From assembly GCA_025336685.1 (NCBI GenBank), contig GCA_025336685.1_4717.1: a DNA stretch of 64,000 nucleotides; one strand, written 5' to 3'. Source of the stretch: Escherichia coli (lineage in GTDB: Bacteria > Pseudomonadota > Gammaproteobacteria > Enterobacterales > Enterobacteriaceae). The notes under the pieces are model-generated. The model worked only from the letters and a program-made list of their open reading frames with translations. It had not been told where the DNA came from and made no database searches. The translations under genes were made by a program, and so were the position numbers. Below are positions 57,240 to 64,000 of this stretch, piece by piece (positions within the stretch are counted from its first letter, which is position 1; each line of letters starts with the position of its first letter).

Positions 57240-58167
57240 TTCCTGTTCTCGACTTAGTATTCCGATGTCTGCGTGGACGCTGGACTCGAACCGGTCTAAA
57301 AGGACCCGAAGAACATGCACCTTGTCGATGTATTTCACCGTTATCCAAGAAAGCGGTCGCCATCGACTCAGCGTCCATCCGGTACTCGGGAACCCCAAAC
57401 TCATATAGTACGGGTTGCACGGGACCGAAGACGGAGCGACGTTGTTTAAATCGTTCCTTAATGGCAATGCCCTGTTTAATGTAAATGGGTTCATTGGCGA
57501 GTTGTTTCGCTTTTCGTTTCGCGTGAGCCAATCGAAGTTCTTCCAATTGCCCAAGCCATTCAAATTGTTCATCTGTTAGCTCCTGGGGACGTTCAACAAT
57601 CGCGCCAGATGGGCAGACATTGATCGTGATGTTAATTGATGGCATCGCCATCACTTGAGGGTTACTATTACGTACGCGGACAACATGTTCGGTTGCTGAC
57701 TTACGATCAACGCAATACTCTGTTTCTTGGAACTCAAATGCTTTTAACGGTGTTGGTTTTGTTTGATGTTTCTTAACACGACCAAGATCAACGATATAGA
57801 CATAGTCGCACACACGCTCTATTCCGTAAATACGGTTATCCGACCAGTTCTTACCAAACAGCTTGTTGTGATGATAAGACAAATATTCGGTTACCATACC
57901 CTGAACAACATCGAAGTCTTCTCGAAAGTCAGGTTGATACCAAATCGGGCCGAGAATATCTGCGAACGATTCGTGACGATATCGAGGATCATGTCGAGTC
58001 CAGGGCATTCTCTGATTAAGATCGAAATCCACCAACAATTCCGTTAATTGCAGTTTTTCCTTCGGAGAAAGCTGGCGTTGATGATGCAAACTCAAGCAAT
58101 CGATAAGTGGTAATGAAACCCACGATGCTAATGTGTACAAATCGATCCTGGCTAGTCTCTTGGTCAT
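57190..58167 (-). CDS. hypothetical protein
   Basis: ATG 58167 with AGGAAA RBS; C-terminal ~45 aa Arg-rich. Confidence 0.4.
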   Translation of the reverse strand: MTKRLARIDLYTLASWVSLPLIDCLSLHHQRQLSPKEKLQLTELLVDFDLNQRMPWTRHDPRYRHESFADILGPIWYQPDFREDFDVVQGMVTEYLSYHHNKLFGKNWSDNRIYGIERVCDYVYIVDLGRVKKHQTKPTPLKAFEFQETEYCVDRKSATEHVVRVRNSNPQVMAMPSINITINVCPSGAIVERPQELTDEQFEWLGQLEELRLAHAKRKAKQLANEPIYIKQGIAIKERFKQRRSVFGPVQPVLYEFGVPEYRMDAESMATAFLDNGEIHRQGACSSGPFRPVRVQRPRRHRNTKSRTGNDDVPRNMDRSHYRTY

Positions 58168-58258
58168 ACTCTTTTCCTAAGTCCCCATTGTTTATACACA
58201 CGATATCTGGGAATAGTTAAAATATACGGCGTAAAACGAAATAGGAGAGTTTCTGGCA

Positions 58259-58390
58259 TCATTTTCTCCCTCTTCGAATACCACCGATACCTCTTCGATC
58301 CAAGACGTCCCAAGCACGCTTTATTTCTTCCTCCCGTTCCTGATTCCAATCGTTAAATCGTTTTCTTATTTTATCCCACCACTCTCCCAT
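58259..58390 (-). CDS. small basic protein (43 aa)
   Basis: ATG 58390 (MGEWWDKIRKRF) with AGGAG RBS just downstream of a terminator. Confidence 0.3.
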   Translation of the reverse strand: MGEWWDKIRKRFNDWNQEREEEIKRAWDVLDRRGIGGIRRGRK

Positions 58391-58412
58391 GCTTTCTCCT
58401 ACACGGCATAAA

Positions 58413-58434
58413 AGCCTGCCCCGAAGGACAGGCT
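58413..58434 (-). terminator. hairpin AGCCUGUCC-UUCG-GGGCAGGCU followed by UUUUAUGCCG
   Basis: 9-bp stem (one G.U), UUCG loop, U-tract. Confidence 0.55.
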
Positions 58435-58443
58435 CGATAGAAC

Positions 58444-58644
58444 TTAATAACCATCCAATTTCAATGAAGGATGGTTGACGATATGTGCGTGTTTTGCTGG
58501 GTCGTATGGTTGATATGGAAAATAACCATGCCACTGACGACCTTGGCATTTCGTACATACGAACTGACCATCGCTTCGCTGATTCTCGTAAGCGAGTTCA
58601 GTACTATCAACATGACCGCAACGTTCGCAGATAAACAGCGACAT
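58444..58644 (-). CDS. small zinc-ribbon protein
   Basis: CERCGH ... CTKCQG, 66 aa. Confidence 0.4.
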   Translation of the reverse strand: MSLFICERCGHVDSTELAYENQRSDGQFVCTKCQGRQWHGYFPYQPYDPAKHAHIVNHPSLKLDGY

Positions 58645-58826
58645 AGCGCATCTCCATTCACTTGAACTTTTTGGTTCGGTGTTAGAAAAGCAAGAAACCG
58701 CTGTTCTTCGCTTCCGCTACAGTTTCGTCACCAACTTTCGGTGCCTGTTGACGCGCGTTACGATGTTCGATGTAACGTTTCGCTTCGTCAGCGATTTGTT
58801 TGATAATACCCTAAACGATCCAGTAC

Positions 58827-59660
58827 TTAAAACAAACGACGTCGCTTCTGAATCAGGCTGCTTTCAGGTACAAAACCGTCACAGCTGTAAATAGCGTTAA
58901 CACCCATGACTTTAGTCGCGTCTTTCGGATAAAGCGTACAGAAAGCAATAGGACTATCGTTCTCTTTCGTCCAATCGTATCCCACGAACGTATTCAGTTC
59001 GGTGATCGTTGGTTCCAAACCGGTAACACGTGGATGGTTTAAGAAGTTTTCCAGGTCGGCGCTGTCAAGACGACGGTTCTCACCAGAAAACAGAACACAA
59101 AGCTGGCTAATAACAACCTGCACGTCCAGGTTGACATCCTGCTCCGATTTCCCATTTTCGCCATTCATGTGATAGCTAACAATCACCGGACGTTTCAATC
59201 CTTCTGCAGCTGCCATCAGTCCTTTAAAGGTACGATCGGCGTTGATCGTTTGACGCTCATCATCGAACGAGGCAACGATGCAACACACCACACGTTCACC
59301 GCGTTCCAGCAGGTTAGCAACCAACGCAGGACCTGCAACAGAACCTGAACCACCGCTCAGACTAAAGACCACGATATTAAATTTACCAGGCGTATGCTTA
59401 TTGAGAATGCCTGGGATTTGTGAACAGATCAGTTCAGCGTTCTCATCACGCTTCTTACCAGAACCGTCTAACTCACGACCCGCCGCATCTTTAAAGATGT
59501 AGATATGATCGTCGTCCAGTGCGCTATCGCGTAGGTTAGCCCGGCTGGTATCAACATACGTCATGCTGTGTAATCCTTTCGCGACTTCGCCTTCAAACGC
59601 TGAGCCGATTTCGCCACCACAACCACCAACAGCCCAAATATGTACTTGGTTCTCTTGCAT
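58827..59660 (-). CDS. phuZ: PhuZ-like phage tubulin
   Basis: IWAVGGCGGEIG (tubulin/FtsZ N-terminal G-box) and FSLSGGSGSVAGP (GGGTGSG-type loop); block order matches PhuZ as I recall it; 277 aa, apparently lacking a C-terminal tail. Confidence 0.75.
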   Translation of the reverse strand: MQENQVHIWAVGGCGGEIGSAFEGEVAKGLHSMTYVDTSRANLRDSALDDDHIYIFKDAAGRELDGSGKKRDENAELICSQIPGILNKHTPGKFNIVVFSLSGGSGSVAGPALVANLLERGERVVCCIVASFDDERQTINADRTFKGLMAAAEGLKRPVIVSYHMNGENGKSEQDVNLDVQVVISQLCVLFSGENRRLDSADLENFLNHPRVTGLEPTITELNTFVGYDWTKENDSPIAFCTLYPKDATKVMGVNAIYSCDGFVPESSLIQKRRRLF

Positions 59661-59724
59661 GTGAACTCCTAATTTAATATGTATTTAACGTACAATGAAT
59701 CTTTCTTTGCTAAAGGGGTGACCC

Positions 59725-60567
59725 ATGGGTGCTATTGACCACAGTGTAGATCGTATCTGTCGTACAATACCGGCAGATATCCTACAGTATTGCTATATCG
59801 ATCGTTACGACTGGCGTAATCGCTATCCTCGTTCCGTAGAAGACATCATTACCGATTGGGTAATCCGTAAACGGGTTATCGGTGACATCGATATCTACGG
59901 GGGACTACAAACCGTTATTCCCCTCGATGATGCTGGCGTCACAGTCGAAGAAGTCACCATTAATTGTTATGTTTTCCACATCCCGTTGGAAGCCACGCAG
60001 GGACGTTATATCACGTCCGCATTATCCATTATCTCAGGGAGCGTGAACAACTACGGAATAAACTATAACGGGCAATGGGGTGCTTTCAACCAAACCCAGT
60101 TTCAACGTCAGCTTTGTGGGTGGAACCCCGCAAGCAACACGTTACAGCAAGGGATGAATGCTTTCGGTCCCATGAACGTTCTTAGTACGGCCAACGTTGA
60201 TATCATCGCCCCTAACACCATCATGGTGAACAACGTCACGCCGGTACAATTTCCCCTGAGTCTACGTTGTTTTCTTGCCCACGATCCGGAACTCACCAAC
60301 CTCAGCATGGAAGTTTGGAACGACTTCTACAAACTCTGTTTATACGCCACGCAAAGTGACATCTACAACAGAACCGTTATCCGTCTCGATAGAGGTGTTA
60401 CAGCACAAGGACAAGAAGTCGGTGCATTCAAGGAATACATCGATCGCTTTGCTGATGCTGAAAACACATATCAGGAATTCCTGAACGAAACGTGGGCTGG
60501 CGTTGCTGCCTGGAACGATCCACAAACTAAACGTCGCGCCATTCGACTACAAACCGGCTACTTCTGA
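59725..60567 (+). CDS. hypothetical protein
   Basis: 280-aa ORF, RBS AAGGGG, divergent from phuZ. Confidence 0.5.
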   Translation: MGAIDHSVDRICRTIPADILQYCYIDRYDWRNRYPRSVEDIITDWVIRKRVIGDIDIYGGLQTVIPLDDAGVTVEEVTINCYVFHIPLEATQGRYITSALSIISGSVNNYGINYNGQWGAFNQTQFQRQLCGWNPASNTLQQGMNAFGPMNVLSTANVDIIAPNTIMVNNVTPVQFPLSLRCFLAHDPELTNLSMEVWNDFYKLCLYATQSDIYNRTVIRLDRGVTAQGQEVGAFKEYIDRFADAENTYQEFLNETWAGVAAWNDPQTKRRAIRLQTGYF

Positions 60568-61094
60568 TTAACGACAGCTTCCTCCCTCGGTGTTTTCGAG
60601 GGAGGTATTTGCCGTTTGAACACTTTCAGCACGTTCGCAAAATCAGCAGCAATAATACAGGCCGAGGCTGATAGCTTATTGCTGAAAATGAGATCGTCCG
60701 GTAAACAATCGAACTGAATACCATATTGCGTCTTTGTCTCGTCAACGATCAGTGACGGTGTCGATCCTGTCTTCGCAATATCGGTGATGTACAAACGTAA
60801 AAATAATTCACCGTCTTCGCTATCAATAAAACGATAAGCGTTACCGGAAAACGCAGCATACGGCGTAACGATAAATTGAACACGATCGTCGGTCGGGTGG
60901 ATTTGTAACCAACGTTCGACATCGTTATTGCTCACATTCTGCATACGTAACACCGTGAATGCGAACAGTGTATCGTGATGCTTGGAATAATGCAGCACAT
61001 ACGCCGCATCTTTCTTTCTGTGAATCCCTTCAATATATTCTATTGTCGTGTAGCCTGATTTATATAGCTTTACTTGCGGTTTATCACTCATCAT
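60558..61094 (-). CDS. hypothetical protein
   Basis: ATG 61094 (MMSDKPQVKLYK) overlapping the upstream stop. Confidence 0.45.
   Translation of the reverse strand: MMSDKPQVKLYKSGYTTIEYIEGIHRKKDAAYVLHYSKHHDTLFAFTVLRMQNVSNNDVERWLQIHPTDDRVQFIVTPYAAFSGNAYRFIDSEDGELFLRLYITDIAKTGSTPSLIVDETKTQYGIQFDCLPDDLIFSNKLSASACIIAADFANVLKVFKRQIPPSKTPREEAVVNQK
60581..60605 (+). terminator. hairpin CCTCCCTCG-GTGTTTT-CGAGGGAGG followed by TATTTGCCG
   Basis: 9-bp perfect stem 14 nt after the stop; overlaps the 3' coding end of the convergent gene. Confidence 0.5.
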
Positions 61095-61390
61095 AACAGC
61101 CCTTCCCGTTTCATCGCAGCGCGCATACTTGCGTAAAGCGCATTCTTCATCGCACCTGGACGCAACGGATAACAAATCTCATATCGACGTCCTTGTTTTA
61201 CAGCAATTTTCCTTCCGTTCAAAAACAGCGTACCATTATCCAGCAACAACTCACCTTGTAGTACCATGAGTCCTGCTTTAACATGCCGTCCTTCTTCTTT
61301 AGTTAAGACCTTATAGCCGTGTTTATCCAATAACCACAATTCGTAGATACCATGCGCAGCCTTCGGCATTACTTTCTTCTTCGTCGTCAT
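61091..61390 (-). CDS. hypothetical protein
   Basis: 99-aa ORF. Confidence 0.45.
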   Translation of the reverse strand: MTTKKKVMPKAAHGIYELWLLDKHGYKVLTKEEGRHVKAGLMVLQGELLLDNGTLFLNGRKIAVKQGRRYEICYPLRPGAMKNALYASMRAAMKREGLL

Positions 61391-61402
61391 GGAAGATCCT
61401 CC

Positions 61403-61777
61403 TTAAACTCCTTGTCGGACCATCACCAACCGGAGCATGTTGTATTCCAATGTAGCGCTTTCTAATTCGAATTCATATCGATACCAGAAATTCGGCTCTA
61501 GTTGACCTACAACACATTTACGAACGTCTGTCTGCACCTTCCTCGACAATCCCTGTAATAGTTGCGTTATCTCTGGCCTGAAGTAATACGCCAAACCTAA
61601 CTGGTCAGAGTAAAACAGGCCACAATCAAAGATGGCCTGTAAAATAACATATTCAACCATCAGGTGCCGTGCATGGGGCTCAGGGAATGGCGAACGTAAA
61701 GCAAGATCTAACACATCGACGATTGGGCCGACATAAATGGCGGCACGGTACTCACGAATAACACTGATGTTATCCAT
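61403..61777 (-). CDS. hypothetical protein
   Basis: 124-aa ORF. Confidence 0.45.
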   Translation of the reverse strand: MDNISVIREYRAAIYVGPIVDVLDLALRSPFPEPHARHLMVEYVILQAIFDCGLFYSDQLGLAYYFRPEITQLLQGLSRKVQTDVRKCVVGQLEPNFWYRYEFELESATLEYNMLRLVMVRQGV

Positions 61778-61790
61778 GGTAGCCTATTCA

Positions 61791-62615
61791 TTAACTATCG
61801 CTTTCTGATGTATCAACGTAGTTGAAAATACGATCCCGTAAACACTCATAACGAGGCAACGCACTAAGAATGATCATCTTCAACTGCATCGCGATCGATA
61901 CGCGTTCTTCATCCGATGCATCGTCTCCCCATTTACCCGGCTTAACCTGAATAGGTTCACGCGGATCCTGCGGAAATATGAAACTTAACAACAGATAATC
62001 CGTACGGAACTCCCACACTTCTCGGCCGTCGTTATCGGTTTCTTTACGCAACGTGAAGAGTTGACGTTCGGTGGTTGGATCCAGCATCAGCGGTCGACCA
62101 CGAACGATCTCCAGTTTACGTGGACTGACGAACGTCGTACGTTCAGGAAGGTATTTTTCAACATCATCCGTATCCAACAAGAACAAAATGATGTCGTCGA
62201 AATACTTCGGTGCGTACGTGTGTATCGGTTCGCCATCGCTATACGAAGAGATCTCTTGGAGTATTGGCGTCTTAGACGAAAAGTTCTGGCATGAACCACG
62301 AGTGATCGGTAAGGTGTTCCATTGATGTTCCGTAGACAATTCGACAGGCACCAACGGATAATCATCGATGAAGACCGCGCACGTTGTGCTAATGGGTATT
62401 CTTCCATCATTGTTCGGTTCAAAAACCAGACGTATCTTACCGGTAATTAACGCCATCTCATCTGGCATTAAGTGGCTCGCTGACCGGGCAAGTCTGAAAC
62501 CGCTCGCCTGTTTATAAGGTTCGGGTTTATAGCCACGGACAATAAGAGAGACATCCGCAAGTTCAACGCTCACGAACGCATCTTTGATGTCTTCATTGTT
62601 CGTCGTTAACGTCAT
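61791..62615 (-). CDS. hypothetical protein
   Basis: 274-aa ORF; ATG overlaps the upstream gene end by 23 nt, GGAG RBS. Confidence 0.5.
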   Translation of the reverse strand: MTLTTNNEDIKDAFVSVELADVSLIVRGYKPEPYKQASGFRLARSASHLMPDEMALITGKIRLVFEPNNDGRIPISTTCAVFIDDYPLVPVELSTEHQWNTLPITRGSCQNFSSKTPILQEISSYSDGEPIHTYAPKYFDDIILFLLDTDDVEKYLPERTTFVSPRKLEIVRGRPLMLDPTTERQLFTLRKETDNDGREVWEFRTDYLLLSFIFPQDPREPIQVKPGKWGDDASDEERVSIAMQLKMIILSALPRYECLRDRIFNYVDTSESDS

Positions 62616-63630
62616 TGTTCATTTTCTCCATTGCTACAAATCGTTCAAGTTCACGTAATAAACGCTCTTTTAAAGCAGGATCAACTTCCGGAGCATGTTT
62701 ATCACGATACCATTCGGTCCCGTTGTATTGCAGGCTAACATGCCATGTTCCTAACGGGCTTTCCTCTGCAGCGGCGATGAAATTCTTAACGCCGGTTTTG
62801 GTAGGATACTCCATGATAGGAACAGCCTGCTTCGGATCCATTACGGTAAGATCCTGGAAGTTATAATCCAGGAGTGTTAACGCGCGTTTGTCGCGTAACA
62901 GTAATCCGCAATCCAAGATAGTGAAATCAATACCCCAGAAACGTAACTTACCTCCAACCCCAACAGGGGTATGGCCACGATAAACCGCGAGATAAATCTC
63001 ACCTTTATCGGTTTCTTTGTTGTATCCTGCAATGAAAGCAGCCGTAATTAATGGCTGGTGTCCTTTCGCTAAGAAGACAGGGTGGTTATGATACAACCAG
63101 TCACTACGAATCAGATCGGTAACCTGACCTAAACGTGCTGTTGGTACCATCACCGATCCCAGAGTTTCATCAACAGGAACCTGGTAATATTCAAACAGAA
63201 CACCATCGATTTCTTCGGTAGCGTAAGGCGTACGTGTGGGATCGTTAAGAAGTTTACGGAGTTTTGTGTCGATTTCGTTAACACGGCTACCCTGTTCTTT
63301 CTCGCGGCTACCGATAACAAAAGCAACAAGATTACGTACGCTAACAAAAACATCATCTTTCTCGGTGTCGCTGAGATCAGCCTCATCCGGCATCGTTGTC
63401 CAATGTAACGGACCTTCAACGACCTTAAGCCATCTATCTTCACGTCCCGGATAAATAAAAGGCTTATGTACAGGAACACTGGTATGCTGAACCCGTAATA
63501 ACAGATTACATAACGATGGCAATGTTTTCTCCAGAGGAGGAACAATACCTGATGTAACGGAAATAACGTAACGATTAAGAACAAGAGAAGCTGAATAGGT
63601 GATGTTATCTAATCCTGGTAATTGATCCAT
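62593..63630 (-). CDS. hypothetical protein
   Basis: 345-aa ORF, RBS AAGGA. Confidence 0.5.
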   Translation of the reverse strand: MDQLPGLDNITYSASLVLNRYVISVTSGIVPPLEKTLPSLCNLLLRVQHTSVPVHKPFIYPGREDRWLKVVEGPLHWTTMPDEADLSDTEKDDVFVSVRNLVAFVIGSREKEQGSRVNEIDTKLRKLLNDPTRTPYATEEIDGVLFEYYQVPVDETLGSVMVPTARLGQVTDLIRSDWLYHNHPVFLAKGHQPLITAAFIAGYNKETDKGEIYLAVYRGHTPVGVGGKLRFWGIDFTILDCGLLLRDKRALTLLDYNFQDLTVMDPKQAVPIMEYPTKTGVKNFIAAAEESPLGTWHVSLQYNGTEWYRDKHAPEVDPALKERLLRELERFVAMEKMNNDVNDEQ

Positions 63631-64000
63631 GATAAGAATCCTTAGTATGTTTGATATGTTGTTTAATTGACATATTAAGTTTAAAAGAGGTTATGTTTTA
63701 CGTATTGTTAATAACGTATTCTTATTTCTATTAGGTTATGTTCTATCTAAAGATAGTAAACAGATATAATGCTCCCCACCTCCCCATTCTCCCAAGTAAT
63801 ACTGGCCTACCGGCCCTCTCCTTTTTAAGGGAGAGAGTAAGCATTCAGTATTGCTCAAATGAATAAGCAAAACAGTATAAACTTACCGTCTCGGGATAAC
63901 TCGAGACGGCGTAGTATCTGTTTATCTCTTTATGCTAACAACCTATTTCTGCATAAACCTTTAACGATTCGAATACATCTCCCTTCTTTATCATCGTCTT

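Noticed and set aside
8781-60605. Recurrent CCCTCCC/GGGAGGG elements as a possible CRISPR array
   Set aside because: They are single inverted repeats scattered at irregular multi-kb intervals in intergenic positions with different loops, not direct repeats with uniform spacers
63940-63990. TTCGAAT word resembling a tRNA T-loop near the window end
   Set aside because: Flanking bases do not form a T-stem and no acceptor or anticodon arms can be drawn; no tRNA is supported anywhere in the window

Overview
This 64 kb window reads as a densely packed, almost entirely minus-strand segment of a large phage genome, most likely a phiKZ-like nucleus-forming jumbo phage (inferred from gene content, not from a database search). 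It carries split multisubunit RNA polymerase subunits (beta C-terminal, beta-prime C-terminal, and a beta-prime N-terminal gene interrupted by an intron), a PhuZ-type tubulin, a 631-aa candidate nuclear-shell (chimallin-like) protein, an intron-containing thymidylate synthase, the N-terminal part of an NAD-dependent DNA ligase at the window edge, two SF2 helicases, a DnaQ-like exonuclease, two metallophosphoesterases, an HD hydrolase, and about 70 small hypothetical genes. The most interesting structures are two self-splicing-type group I introns, each with its own homing endonuclease: a GIY-YIG one in thyA and an HNH one that cuts the RNAP beta-prime gene inside the catalytic NADFDGD motif. 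Also notable are a ~25-bp conserved promoter-like motif with a TATATTAC core upstream of four minus-strand genes, and a family of intergenic hairpins with CCCTCCC/GGGAGGG stems, several followed by a conserved UUUAUGCC(G) tail. No rRNA, tRNA or CRISPR array was found. Most ORF starts are approximate: the ORF track uses alternative start codons, and I corrected only those I re-read by hand. All homology calls rest on motif recognition from memory.
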